A stretch of DNA of 64,000 nucleotides from Eledone cirrhosa (taxonomy: Eukaryota), in the NCBI GenBank assembly GCA_964016885.1, contig OZ024740.1:248372001-248436000 (forward strand). Reading direction: 5' to 3'. How positions within the stretch are numbered: position 1 is the stretch's first letter; each line of letters starts with the position of its first letter. Both the position numbers and the translations under genes were made by a program. Below are positions 48,409-62,300 of this stretch, in pieces. The notes under the pieces are model-generated. The model made no database searches. It was not told where the DNA came from and saw only the letters and a list, made by a program, of their open reading frames with translations.

Positions 48409-51400
48409 GAGGTTATATTTAATTTGTTGGGATTCAACAAGCTTAAACATTTTTATAACTGATATAAAGCACTCAACTGATTAGTGGAGTAAATATACAA
48501 TATATTAATAAATGGAAACTATATTTATAAAACCATATTTATTTTATTATACATATTTCAAGGGCAACCAAGGCAAATTATGGTGCGCTTTCATCAGATA
48601 AAATACAGATTTGTTTTATAAATAAATATTGACATACCCGGAAAAATGACAACCTTAACGGTTGGAGCTTCCTGGATAGTGGAGATACCACATTTATTGA
48701 GGGTAATACAAAGTTATGCGTGAGTATGCAAATGAGTGTCCGAAAGGTTGAAAAGATAACGGTTTATTTAAATTAAACTGTTGGAAGAAGATATGTAAGG
48801 GAGAGAAAGAAAAAAAGAAAAAAAAAGAAAAAAAGAAACAAAGAAGAAAAGAAAAAAAGAAAAAAAGAAAAAAAGAAAAAAAGAAAAAAAGAAAAAAAGA
48901 AAAAAAGAAAAAAAGAAAAAAGAAATATTTCCAATCTTGATAGAATCTTTAAATCCCCAAACAATCCACCTTCCAACAAACTATTAATGGAATTTGAAAA
49001 TGAGATTATCTCTATCATACAAAGCATTACATTTAAGAAAAAACACTTTGTAGGATCGGATTACCTAAAAAGTCTCAAAAATAATATAGAAAACTTTGAA
49101 AAAACGGAAAAAATTCTTGTTAAATAAGATAAAACCAACAATCTTTACGGAATGCAAAAGGATGATTACAATGATCTTATATTGAAGGAATTAAGGAAGA
49201 ATTACAAAAGAGCAACCAATGATGACCTTGAAAAACTAAATACTGAAGCTTCTTATATAATGCAGGAATTAGGCATCGAAAATAGGACTCAACTCTTCAT
49301 ACCTACGAAACCAAAAATTAATTTGAAGGACGATAAAAGAAATTTTGAAATTGAATTACCAGTTAGATTGATTGCACCATCTAAATCGGACCTTGGCATA
49401 CTTAGCAATAATATTTTAGATAGAATCATACCATAACTTAAGGAAATATCTTATTTAAAATTATGGAATGGGACTAATGAAGTTATTGACTGGTTTAAGG
49501 ACATTAAATATAAACATAACAATAAATTCATTCAATTGGATATTGCTAATTATTACTCATCTATCACTCCTAATCTACTTAATAAAGCCCTTACATGTGC
49601 ATTTAAATACACAGATTTAACTAGCAATGAAATGCACATTATCTTAACTGCGCGTAAAACATTAATTAAATTTAGCAACCACCTTTAGACTAGAGCAGAT
49701 AGAGATAACAACTTCGATATCACTATGGGGTCATCGGACTCGGCGCAATTAACGGATCTTGTGGGGCTTTTTATTAACAATACTTTACATAGGAAAATAC
49801 CGGAGATGACCGGTGGTTTATATCGTGACGATATGCTATTACTTATTGAAAATAATAATAATTGTGAAATAAATAGGAAAAGAAAAGAAATTATACAATT
49901 TTTAATAGCGTTAATCTTAAAGTAGAAGTAGAGAATAATTATAAAATAGTTAATTTTTTAGATGTAACTTTAAACCTTAATACTGGTCTTTATTATCCAT
50001 TTCATAAAATAAATGAGAATTTAAACTATGTTAACTTTAATTCCAATCACCCCAGATCCGTTAAAAATACTATTGTAAATTCTGTGCAGCAACTTATTTC
50101 TAGAATTTCAGCGAATAAAAATATATTTGAAGATAAGGCACAATATTATAACGAAGCGTTAGGTAGAGCAGGCTATAGTAATGAAATTAAATACAATGAC
50201 AATAAGGATGTGCCAATTAACAATAACTATAAATATAATTATAATAGGAAACCTCAAAAGAAAAAAAATAGAACTAGAAATATATTATGGTTCGCTCCCC
50301 CTTTCTCATTAAGTATTAAAACTCCTATAGCTAAATTATTCTTTAAAGCTCTAGATAAGTGCTTTCCTAAGACACACAGGTATTACTCAATCTTTAATAG
50401 ACATACTATTAAACTCTCATATTCCACCACTATGAATTTAGCGCAGAATATTAATAGAATTAATAATAGAAACTTAAAACCTAACCAGAATAGCATTAAT
50501 ACCCCTAGCAATATCCAATATAATGTTACTGCTCCCAATAATATAAATTCAGATAAATGTAATTGTAGAAATAAATCTAACTGTCCTCTAAATAATAATT
50601 GTTTAGTTAAAAATATAGTATACAATTGTAATGTCAAAACAAATGAAAACTCCTTTAACTATGTCGGCTCTACTTCCACAGACTTCAAATCTCGTTTTAA
50701 TAACCATAAATGTTCTTTTATGAATATTCATAAAAAATCTTCAACTTCTCTATCTAACTTATTATGGGACTTAAAATCCAAGAATATCAACTATTCTTTA
50801 CTTTGGAAAATTATCTCCAAAGCTCCTTCATACACTGCTTTATCCAAAAGTTGCTCACTTTGCGTTGAAGAAATATTCTTTATACTAAAAAGTAAGAACT
50901 CTATTAATTTGCGAAATAATTTATTTAGTTCCTGTAAACATCGTTTAAACTCAACTTTTAAATATATATATATAAAATGTAATATATGATTTATCTCTTT
51001 TACATAATGTTTTCTATATTTATATATGATTCATATATATTTAATTTACTTTCTATTATCTCTGCCTCATATATATACTATATACTTTATATTATTACAC
51101 CTATCGATAGATTATACATTTTTTTTTATATGACTGCTTGAAACTTCTTTAAGAAATATTTTTCTTGAAAAACTTACGGAAGGTTTTAGGAAAAAATATT
51201 TTGAAAATTCCTTTGAAAGATATAGAAAAACCATTATTTTCATACCTTCCAATATTTTTATATTTTTATATCTTCAAACGTTTTTAATATATATATCCAA
51301 ATTCTTATATATATGTGGAAAAACATATGATTTTTATATATAGTTTTTTTTAAATATATATGTGGAATAACCTATGGTTTATGCTTTAAATATATTCTTA

Positions 51401-52476
51401 AGATTTTTTTGAATTTTAATTTTAATTTTTTTTAATTTTTTAACTTTATAGCAAATAAATTTCTAACTTCGTCTAAAATAATATATGGTTCATGTTTTAA
51501 TTATATTCTTAAGATAACAAATTTTTAACCAAATTTTTTATTTATAACATTTAATCCTTGGAGTCATCTGAGATCTTAAAAAAATCACTTCTAACTTCCT
51601 TTACACTTCCTTACTGCTTTTATAATATAATTAAGTGGTTATTCCTTTGTAAACTCTCGTAAATTTTTCATAAATTTAGACTTATCTGAATGTTTAAATT
51701 TTGACTTAAAAATTTTAATAAAATAAACTATACTAGATTTTCTCTAACGTAAAATACTATATATTTATTTAAATAATTTATAATCCTTAACATACACATT
51801 TAAACCAATATATTATTACTAATACATCTTAATATATTATAATTATTAATATTAAATTATTAAATTAAATCTTTAATATTAAGGCAAATTCTAATCTTTA
51901 ATTTTGATTTCTAATTTTTAATTTTAATCTAATTTTTCAACCTATCATTATAAGTATTGTAATCAAAACGTAATGAACCCTGCATTATAAATATTATTCT
52001 TCCACGTTAATCTTATTTCTTCTTTCACTTAGATATACTTACCATGTGCATATTTCTCCTTTGAAACTTATTTCTTCTTTCACGCTAGCTTCACTATCAA
52101 TATGTATAATCGTTCTTTCTTTCCTCTTCTATCTTTCTCCTTTCTTTTTTCTTTTTTTTTCTCTCTCCCTTACATATCATCTTCTTCCTACAGTTTAATT
52201 TAAATAAACCGTTATCTTTTCAACCTTTCGGACACTCATTTGCATACTCACTCATAACTTTGTATTACCCTCAATAAATGTGGTTTCTCCACTATTCAGG
52301 AAGCTCCAACCGTTAAGGTTGTTTTTTTCCGGGTATGTCAATATTTATTTATAAAACAAATCTGTATTTTATCTGATGAAAGCGCACCATAATTTGCCTT
52401 GGTTGCCCTTGAAATATGTATAATAAAATAAATATGGTTTTATAAATACAGTTTCCATTTATTAATGTATTGTATA
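48406..52476 (+). mobile_element. Fold-back Penelope-like element (arms ~48493-48830 / ~52140-52476)
   Basis: Decayed ORF ~48920-50989 (GLYRDDML, CNCRNKSNCPL, YVGSTS, CSLC, CKH). Closely related to the 40897 element. Confidence 0.93.
52365..52430 (+). ncRNA. Type I hammerhead ribozyme (mirror copy ~48540-48606 on minus)
   Basis: tattttat-CTGATGA-stem II-GAAA-tatgtata-ataaaata. Confidence 0.85.
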
Positions 52477-52490
52477 TATATATATAAGTA

Positions 52491-52568
<78 letters not shown>

Positions 52569-52611
52569 AAATAAAACAAAGAAGCCTTCAATACATCAAA
52601 AGTCTTTATTA

Positions 52612-52650
52612 GCCAACAATGTTTCGTCCTATATAAGGACTCATCAGGGC
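52612..52650 (-). ncRNA. Minimal hammerhead ribozyme at the 3' end of a PLE-derived fragment (~52565-53880)
   Basis: Minus strand: gcc-CTGATGA-gtcct-tatat-aggac-GAAA-cattgtt-ggc-tAATAAA. Confidence 0.88.
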
Positions 52651-53900
52651 AATCAAAACCACAAGAAGCACTATCGGCCAATACAAGCCGAAAACTCCGA
52701 AGAATATGGAGTGTACATACACTAAAGTATTGGAAGATTATGGGTAAAAATATATAATAAAAATCACTAAGGAGGTGGATAACATTTTGAACCATATTAC
52801 AAATATAGTCCAAAGCAAAAAACTAGAGCTAAACAAAGGTGGTTATATAGAGCGGGAACTATAGTACTATATGTATTACAATACAATATAATATAATATA
52901 CTTGTAACAATATTAAAATTAAAATTAAGAGGCACAATATACATATGTATATATATACGCACACGTACGCACATATACATATACATCAATACACATTTCC
53001 ATCATTAACAGCACAAATTAAACCTTATTAAGAATTTAAATATAAATAAGCATAATAGGAATAAAAATAAAAATAATACGTATATCTAATATACAGTATA
53101 ACATGAAGTAATGAAATGATTAAAAGTAACACATATAATATATAATAAACTATATAATTATATAATATATAATATAATATAATAGATAATCTCCGGTTAA
53201 TTTACACAAACAATATAGATGTCACAATAACACTATAATAATATATAATATATATTGGCATGTAAGTTAACAAATCAATTCATATAGAGTTAGAGAGCAG
53301 GTGAGAAAAAAAAAATAAATTGTACAATACCCAAAATTATGATGGTACAAAAATATATAAACATCTTACATGATATATAAAATTTAACATATCATAATGG
53401 TACATAAAATCATCGGTAAGTAACAAAGATCAATATTACATTTACAAAGAGTTGAATAACAACTTCAATATAAAATAATGAACATAATATAATATATAAT
53501 TACTTATAATTACAAGGTTGGTAAACAGACACATATGTGAATGAGTGAATAAGGGCCAGACAGAAAATACTATGCACAGTAGTATTAATAAATAAATAAA
53601 TAAAATCGACCGGAAATCAAAAAACAAAAACAAAAGTATTTACTTAGGTCTCACATGCAGTTAAGTAAAAACTTAGGAAACAACCCGGATAAATGACTAG
53701 AAAACCCTATTTGATAAATTAATATTGAAAATATTTAAAATACCTAATAAGGCAATACAATAGTATTTACTTAGGTCTCACATGCAGTTAAGTAAAAACT
53801 TAGGAAACAACCCGGAGTGATCAAAATCCGTAAACATTAATATTTCACTATAAATATATATAGAAAGGAATGAAATATTCTACTATCATTTACATAACGA

Positions 53901-53935
<35 letters not shown>

Positions 53936-54055
53936 ATTCCATCTGTGACAACATTTTACACGTTTTTATTGTATGTAAACTTCCCCCTTTGTATTTGTCC
54001 CCTTCTTTTGTGCCCCTGTGGCTAATAAAGAAATATATCTATCTATCTATCTATC

Positions 54056-54152
<97 letters not shown>

Positions 54153-54159
54153 ATATATA

Positions 54160-54482
54160 GTTGGTGTTGGATGCTTAAAGCGTCCGTCTGCGGTAGGCCG
54201 TATGAGCACTCGATGCTCTCATAGAGCAGAGTAAGATATCACAGAAAAAAAGAGAATCAGTGTTGCGACGAATGGAATTTATTGGACATATTACAATCGT
54301 TTCTCTGGCGACCAGCTCGAAAATCTGCTTCGTAGAATCAAGACGTATCTGAGGACCTTGCGATTTTCAGAGTCAGGTTCGATCATCACATCGATCGTGC
54401 CTCGAGCTGGTCGCCGGAGAAACGATTGTAATATGTCCAATAAATTCCATTCGTCGCAACACTGATTCTCTTTTTTTCTGTT
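54160..54482 (+). mobile_element. 323 bp fold-back mini-element with hammerhead
   Basis: Arms 54241-54320 / 54402-54481 with a left-only extension. TA flanks. Confidence 0.85.
54342..54437 (+). ncRNA. Type I hammerhead ribozyme with enlarged stem II
   Basis: gacgtat-CTGAGGA-(~63 nt)-GAAA-cgattgta-atatgtc-cAATAAA. Confidence 0.7.
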
Positions 54483-54502
54483 ATATATATATGTATATAT
54501 TT

Positions 54503-57500
54503 AACGAAGGAAGTGTGGTAAGGAACCAGATGGACCATAACGCACCAGAGTACTCAATACTTAGAGTAGTAGAGTGGATAATAGGAAAATGTTCAAGACC
54601 CCGACGGAAGATCTCAAGCCGTTTCGATGGCTATTTCTGGACTAAATTTGAATTTTTAGCGTGGTAATAAATAGTCGAACTTTTCAAGGGGCAATTCCTT
54701 ATATGTGAAGATTGTAGTTGTCAAAAGGATCGGTCAAAATTTCTTGTAAACACAATTAAATCTTTTATGGCGTGGGTGGGTGGCTGAACTAGCCTGTAGA
54801 ACAATGTGGGAGTGGGTGGAGCCGGTCAAGCGTTGAAAGTGAATTCTATACAGCTAATTCTAAGGAGTGTGTAAGAAATTAGGCTAACTATAAAGCAGGC
54901 GGAAAAAGAATTCTGGGGGAATTTGAGAGTGGGAAGTTATAAAATTAAAAGGTTAATAAATTGAGATTAAAAAAAAAAAAAAAAAAATAATAATAATAAT
55001 ATAAAAAAATCAAATAAAAAAAAAAGAACTAGAGTCTAAAGCAGCTGCTATATTTTTAGCTGGTATTGCGTTTTCGGCCAGTGCTATATAGAATTTACTG
55101 GGGTGGGGGTACTGAGGCTACAAAAGCCCGATGGGCTGCCTCAGGGTAGGCGAAAGAGAAAAAAGGAAAAGGAAGAGGAGAGGGAGTGGAAGGAAGTGAG
55201 AAGAAGAGATAAAGGGGAAAAAAGAAAAGAAGTACCTCTACCTATGTAAGCTGGGGTTTCCCCTATCTTGTTCGGCAAGTGGGGAATGAGGAGGGTTTGA
55301 AGGCGAGGTAAGTCCTACGCAATCGATGTTTACATGCCGTTACAAGTTCGTCTTTTTTGTTTATGAGTTGGTCCTTCGTAAACAGCATTTGTATTGTTTC
55401 CTCCGAGCATAAGTTACACGGACGGCGTCCTCCCGTGTAGGAGTTAGCCCTGGACAGTAAGCTCCAAGTAAGAAGGTATGTTGTGTTATTATCTTGGAGG
55501 TCCCAGATGTGGCCCGAAAGTGTTGTGGCATGTCGTCGGGCCGGGTTTCTGAACCTATGTCGGTGTTGGTAGAGCCGGGTCTTAAAGTCACAAGCGGATA
55601 ATCCTATGTAGGCTTTGTTGGAGTTTTCCGTCCTCACGTTGCATTAGTAGATCACGTTATATTCTCGGCATCTGTTGTTGAGGTGGCACGTAGATCTATC
55701 AGGGCAGTTACACCTCCTGGTCGGCTCTCCACTAATGTCAAGGTTGTTTCTTCCATAGGAGTTGAGTTTCCATAGGAGTTGAGTTTCTTCCATAGGAGTT
55801 GAGTTCCATAGGAGTTGAGTTTCTTGTTGTTTGAGGGTAACGTCCAGGAAATTGACTCGGGTTAGGGACGTTCGTAGGGTGATTTTAAATCCCTAGTCCC
55901 GGAAGAAGTTGATTAGGTGTTTACGGACCCGGTCTGTACTACTGGCGTTGTACCCTTTGAGGGTAAGGAGCCCATTGTCTCGGTACAATCCACCGCCGAA
56001 TGCAGGAAACAATTCGGTGAGTTTATGTAGTAGGAATAATCCTATAAGATCGGTCACCTCCACCGAGTCGGTCGCGCCCATACTGACGTCGAAGGGGGAG
56101 TCGGGAGCTCTCTTTATCCACTTGGAGTTGTCGAAAAAGAGGACTGTCTTCCTGGCGTGGAGAATGATGTTTCTTTCCTGGTCGGTGATGGGTGTGAGTG
56201 TTTTGGCAAAGTCCAAAGCGGCCGTAAGGAGCGGTAGGGTAATAGAGGCGTAATAGCTCTCTATCTCGAACTGGATGAATTTGGCGTCCCGTTTGTCCTC
56301 AATATTCCTGAACCATGAGATTACTTCCTGGGTGCTGACCCAAAGGCTAAGTCTCGCGTTTTGCGGTCTAGGATCTTTTTACTGAATCTCCCTATGTCCG
56401 ACTTCGTCGGGTTTATAAGCCTGATGGATGGTTTGCGGACGAAGTCGGATTTATGGTCTTTCAGGGTGAAGTAGGGAGTCCGTGGGTCGAGAGGTTCAGT
56501 GCGTTGGCAACCCCGAGGCTGGAGGTAGTTTGTTGTCCATCTAGATTTATGTCATGGATTATTGAATGGTTAGCCTTTTTGTAGGTGGAGTTCAGGCTGC
56601 TCCTGATAAATGTGTGGTATCTGTCAGGGTTGACGAAATAGAGGTTTCCAGTTTTGTCCGAATGTACCAGGATGTCGTTGGTACTTTCATACTCCGTTAT
56701 TGCTACGGAGTTGTTGTAGGAATCGGTTGTGTCTGGGTTTGAATTTTATACCCTTGACCAGGTGGAAAAGGTCGTTCTCGAAGGGTGAGAGCAGAGGGTT
56801 CGGAGGGGAGGGGGGAGATTTGTAGGTATTGAATCCGAATCTCTCCTTGGTGTCGAAGTCCTGGTTGTCGCGGTATCTATCGTAGAAAAATGTTCTCCAT
56901 CTCAGTCTTTTCGCAAACAGGTCGATTTTTTGCGTGAGCATCCGAAGGTAAAGCTTTCTCGGTGGAACTGGGATGTTATTGGTGGAGAAGTGGATAGCGT
57001 GTTTTCGCATGGTGGGTATTATGAAACTTGAGCTGGGTGGAAAAGTCGGGATATGGCGTGGTAGGATCGGAAAGTGCTCTACTACGGACGTAGGAGCTAG
57101 ATAACGAACAAGATAGGGGAAACCCTAGCTTACATAGGAAAATGTACTTCTTTTCTTTTTTCCCTTTATCTCTTCTTCTCACTTCCTTCCACTCCCTATC
57201 CTTTTCCTTTTTTCTCTTTCGCCTACCCTGAGGCAGCCCATCGCGCTTTTGTAGCCTCAGTATCGCCACCCTAATAAATTCTATATAGCACTGGCCGAAA
57301 ACGCAATACCAGCTAAAAATATAGCAGCTGCTTTAGACTCTAGCTTTTTTTTAAATTATTATTTTTATTATTTGATTTTTTTATATTATTATTTTTGTTT
57401 ATTTTTTAATCTCAACTTATTAACCTTTTAATTTTATAACTTCCCACTCTCAAATTCCCCCAGAATTCTTTTTTCGCCTGCTTTCGCCTAATTTCTTACA

Positions 57501-57770
57501 CACTCTTTAGAATTTGCTGTATAGAATTCACTTTCAACGCTTAACCGGCTCCACCCACTCCCTCATTGTTCTACAGGCAAGTTCAGCCACCCCACCACCC
57601 ACCCACTGCCATGAAAGACTTAATTGTGTTTACAAGAAATTTTGACCAATCCCCTTGACAACTACAATCTTCCCATATAAGGAATTACCCCTTGAAAAGT
57701 TCGGCTATTTATTACCACGCTAAAAATTCAAATTTAGTCCAGAAATAGCCTTAGAAACGGCTTGAGCTCT
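54503..57770 (-). mobile_element. Fold-back Penelope-like element (arms ~54609-55273 / ~57105-57770)
   Basis: Minus-strand ORF fragments 57010->55263: RLRWRTFF, VSMGATDS, GLYRDNGL, YIGLS, CNLC, CKH. Confidence 0.92.
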
Positions 57771-57796
57771 ATATATATTGTATAATATATATAGGT

Positions 57797-57929
57797 ATAT
57801 GATGACCCTGTGATAAACAGGCGAAACTCCAGAGTAACAAGACTCACTTTTTAACCTTAATATATATGAATATTAAAACTCTACTTCGATATTGAGTACT
57901 CTTTTCTATTAGCCGCCAACCACGTGAAG

Positions 57930-58023
<94 letters not shown>

Positions 58024-58098
58024 ATAATTATTTATTGGGGTCAAGTTAGAGTCCTGCTATTCTGGAGTTTCGCCTATGTATTCACAGGGTCATCACAT
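57797..58098. repeat. Two convergent degenerate hammerhead-bearing 3' ends around (TA)n(TG)n
   Basis: TGATGAccctgt...acaggcGAAActccagagta at ~57800 (+) and its diverged reverse complement at ~58035-58098. The first core C is missing in both. Confidence 0.55.
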
Positions 58099-58400
58099 GA
58101 CTCATCTTAGAAAATGAAAAAAGACCATACATTCCACAAATGAAAAGAAGATATAGAACGGAAAAAGAGAGAGAAAAGGAAAGAAACTGAAAAAAGGAAG
58201 GACTCTGACTTGACCTAAATGAATAATTATTATAATTGTTTCTACTTTTGGCACAAGGCCAGCAATTATCCCAGTGCATGACTGGTACTTTATTTTATCG
58301 GCCCCGTAAGAATGAAAGGCAAAGTTAACCTCGGCGGGATTTGAACTCAGAATGGCAAGGGCCGTTATAATATTGAGTAGATATTCTCGCAATCAACAGA

Positions 58401-58467
<67 letters not shown>

Positions 58468-58559
58468 ATATAATATCAATAAGCGAATCAATTGAATTTT
58501 TTGAGTTGAAATACATATAAACATGTGTCTGTGTGTATCGGACACACGTACACATAAAG

Positions 58560-59908
58560 AAACTGCTGACCTAAATGTACCTGTCATGCCTGTCTGAATT
58601 CCTAAGAGAATTTTCGGTCAGTTACTATCTTGACCGATTACCCTCACAATTACTACGTAGCGGTTCTTGCACGGGACTGCTGGACCCGGATGAAACGAAG
58701 ACGAAGAATTTCCTTGCGTACCGTTTTGACCACAGATGCGATCTCACTCTGCCTCGTTAATGTTCAATCGACACCAAAGTTCTACGTTCGGGGCAATAGA
58801 ATTGAATCCAACCACCGACAACATAGTTGGATGACCGATAATCACACCAAACCGGAGTACTGTGATCCTTGTGATTTCGAGATATACAACCACTGACACT
58901 GTTACGAAGACCAGAAAATCATACTCCATAATATTGAACCAAGTGATTGATTTGTGCGACCAAAATAACACCACACACATATTGAACTAGGAATATTGGA
59001 TCCTCCGTCAATGTCTGGGAGAGCAAAAATAGATTTCTATCTGCATTGGAATTTACGAACTTGTGCATCTGCTGTGGTGTCAAAAACAAACGCACATGAC
59101 CGCACAGATAAACAATGGACTATGCCAGTGGCTTGAACCTGTAAGTGAATTGAAGGTTCTGTAACTCTGATATACAGATTATTTATTATTAAGATGTATA
59201 AACTTGACATAACTATTATCATCTTATATTCTCTCAACTAATCACATTTGATCTTATTTCTCTATCCCGTTTTCTCCCCCCATATTTATAATATTTTTAT
59301 TTGAAAAAGATCGGTTTTTTTACATTGTGTTTTCCCCTTCAAATACTTGCTTATATTTCTTTCTATATTCTCTATATATTTTTTTATCTTTATTCTTATT
59401 TTCACTTTTATCCTCCTTTATATTTTACCTTATTCTTACTTTTATACCTTATTATAGTGTAATTTTCCCGTTGCCTTATTATACATTATTAATTATAGAT
59501 TATTATTATTACTCTTTTTCCATTTCTAATTACCTCATGTACTTTCTCCTCCGTTATATATATATTGTATGCCCTTTGTGTGTGTGTAGCCTCTGCACAC
59601 CTTCTGCACCCTACTATCGACGCCACCCCATCTATGGTTCAGCTAACCACTCGACTCCCGGGAATGAATATGACCGCAGCTAGTAAACAAGGACCCACAC
59701 CCCACCCTCCCGCACCAAAATTAGACTTATCGTCCCCTACTTTTGCTCTTTACTCTCTTTACTCTTTCTTCTTGAATGTTTGGTTGGTAGAGTCCATAAC
59801 ACCAATCAAACCACTTTTATAGCTCTGACGAATCCTACGGTTACGTAAGGAAGAAACATTGTAAGCCAATAAAAATCTTTTGATGTTGTAGACGCTTTTG
59901 TGTTCTTT

Positions 59909-59910
<2 letters not shown>
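58560..59910 (+). mobile_element. Decayed PLE 3' fragment (GIY-YIG remnant, UTR, hammerhead)
   Basis: KFYV-G-like and YCDPCDFEI remnants. The terminus resembles that of the 52565 fragment. Confidence 0.65.
59822..59866 (+). ncRNA. Minimal hammerhead ribozyme
   Basis: gct-CTGACGA-atcctacg/cgtaaggaa-GAAA-cattgta-agc-cAATAAA. Confidence 0.8.
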
Positions 59911-59982
<72 letters not shown>

Positions 59983-59985
<3 letters not shown>

Positions 59986-60578
59986 AGGTGTATTATTGGT
60001 TGTGTAAAACGGTTCAATAAATTTATGTTAGCAATATTAAGTTCTTCACGCTTTTGTATATCTCCAATTCCATTCAAGGGAACAGCTAGATGATGTAAAA
60101 CGGAGTATAAGTATCAAAATGAAAATCCGAAGGCAAGGTATAGTTCTACAGGTTTGATACTGTGTTGATGTGTGTATATATATGTATGTATTCTTTTCTT
60201 TTACCTCGAGCCGGTGTATGTGGATGTGGAGTGTGTGTGTACCTACTCACATTAACTGAGACCGACTATATCTCTACATAATTGATTGATGTCCAGCGTC
60301 TTTTGCAGCGATAGAAATCTGACAACTTTTATGACCTCAACTGAAGATGATGGCAGTCGCCGTATTTCTGACTGCTGGATCTTCATATGAGGGAATAAAC
60401 TCTGTGAGTGAACATCGCTAATTTTCTCCCTCATATCAAGAATTTGAAGAAATTCATTTTCACCTGATGAGATCAGTGATAATCGATCATGGCTTCACGA
60501 TCGATCTATCTCTTATTGAAACATGTGTCGTGATTAAATGATTGGAATTTTACCTTGCCTTCGGATTTTCATTTTGTT
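59983..60578 (+). mobile_element. Non-coding fold-back element with hammerhead (arms 60115-60140 / 60551-60576)
   Basis: 26 bp inverted arms, a left-only extension ending GGAGTA, and TA flanks. Confidence 0.75.
60460..60533 (+). ncRNA. Type I hammerhead ribozyme
   Basis: tcac-CTGATGA-stem II-GAAA-catgtGTC-gtga. Confidence 0.75.
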
Positions 60579-60586
60579 ATATATAT

Positions 60587-60724
60587 ATAGGAAAATGTTT
60601 AACCCCGACGGCAGAGCTCTGCCGTCGGGGTTAAACATTTTCCTATTACCCACTCTACTACCCTAAGTATTGAGTACTCTGGTGCGTTATGGTCCATCTG
60701 GTTCCTTACCACACTTCCTTCGTT
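60587..60724. mobile_element. Perfect hairpin plus terminal extension of the 54503 PLE family
   Basis: Palindrome centred on gagctc. 60621-60724 is the reverse complement of ~54503-54607. Confidence 0.85.
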
Positions 60725-60731
60725 ATATATG

Positions 60732-60823
<92 letters not shown>

Positions 60824-61017
60824 CGTGTGTGTGTGTGTGTGCTACGAATAACGGTTAATACAGCTATCAGGTATGATAAATGGGAAACCAATGTTGGAGG
60901 GTAATAATGGAGATGTCACCAGTTTGGATAATATACATGAAAACATTGTTGTAATTAATTCCTGTCATTATCTCCCCCAAAACAAAGATACATTTACGTT
61001 GACATATTGCTGAACGG

Positions 61018-61294
61018 CAGCGTTTCTCAACCTTTTTACCCTTGAATAGGTTCATGTCTTAAAAATGATTATATACCATTATTAATATCTATCTCTTATA
61101 TTGACCTAGTTTTAAATAATATAAGAGGCCTTTCTTAAAATAAAAAAGGATTTTCCGACAATATGCCGTAAATGTATAGAAAAATTAATTTTTAAAAAAA
61201 ATACATTAGTTTACTTATCACTGGTTCTCGCGGATCCCTTAGCGACCTCTTGCGGAATCCTAGGGTTCCGGGGAACACCGGTTGAGAAACGCTG
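61018..61294. mobile_element. hAT-superfamily MITE
   Basis: 15 bp TIR cagcgtttctcaacc and 8 bp TSD ctgaacgg / ctgtacgg. Confidence 0.9.
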
Positions 61295-62055
61295 CTGTAC
61301 GGCATGAATTGATATTTTTGTCTTTGTTAAAGCGAATATTAAAAATTTTATGTTTACAAAATACACCCGATTGTGTTTTGTTTCTTTATTATTATTTTTA
61401 TATCTATGTATTCTTTTTTACGTATTAATAAATAAAAGTACATATGATAAATAAAGCAAGTTTAAGTCATAACACATTTCTGTTAATTAGAGTTATTTAG
61501 AAGAGAAAATATGTTTAAATATGTCAAGAATGCTTTATGGTGATGTTATAAGGTCTAGATAATTCCCTTAGACACTCTTTTTCGTTTTCTTTTAAACTTT
61601 TCCGATAATTGGGAAGCTATTCTTTTAATTTTCAATTTTACATTATTAAAGAAGAAAATCTTTTGGATTTTAAAAAAGGTGATTATATCGATTTTGAGTT
61701 ATATTTGAAATTATTAAAGAGGAATGCGATTTGAGATATTTTTAATGGTCAGCTCGCCAGAATGTGGTGAAATTTTTTTTTTCCTCCATTACAAAGAATT
61801 TCATTTAAAAAATACAGAATAGTAATATGTGTAGAAGAAACAATGATATAGTACATTTAGAATGAGTGATGTAAGTTGATTTAAATCCTCCTGTATTTCA
61901 CTGATGCTTATTTTATACCCCCCCCCCCTCCCCACCAAGAGGTGGAAATCAAAATATAACTAGATCGGTAGGATTTCATATGGGAAGGAAAGGGGTAGAT
62001 CGTCAGGTTGGACCAAGAAAAGAATGTTGCCAGTGAGTATACATTTTTTTGGTGA

Positions 62056-62300
62056 AGGCACGTGGCTTTGTGATTAGGGTATTCGGCTCACAATCGTTGC
62101 TCCAGTCAACTCATCTTGACAAAAATAAGTTGTATCTGTAATTTGAAGGGCCAGCCTCATCGCATTCTGTGCCACGCTGAATCTCCCTGAAAAGTACGTT
62201 AAAGGTACGCGTGTTTGTGGAATGCTCAGCCGCTTGCAAGAGAAGGCTGTTCCGTTGATCGGATCAACTGGAACACTTGTCGTCGTAACCGACGGAGTGT
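62056..62300 (+). mobile_element. Decayed tRNA-derived SINE of a second family
   Basis: A-box-like head (gtggctttgtgattagg), internally deleted. The body resembles an abundant octopus repeat (from recollection). Confidence 0.6.

Noticed and set aside
41841-50989. Selenocysteine recoding as reported for Naiad PLEs
   Set aside because: The endonuclease is C-terminal, conserved Cys positions are ordinary Cys codons, and the stops I checked are TAA/TAG plus frameshifts.
40897-57770. Interpreting the long inverted arms as DNA-transposon TIRs
   Set aside because: Interiors encode RT/GIY-YIG rather than transposase, the arms are copies of the 3' UTR and vary in length, and most carry hammerheads.
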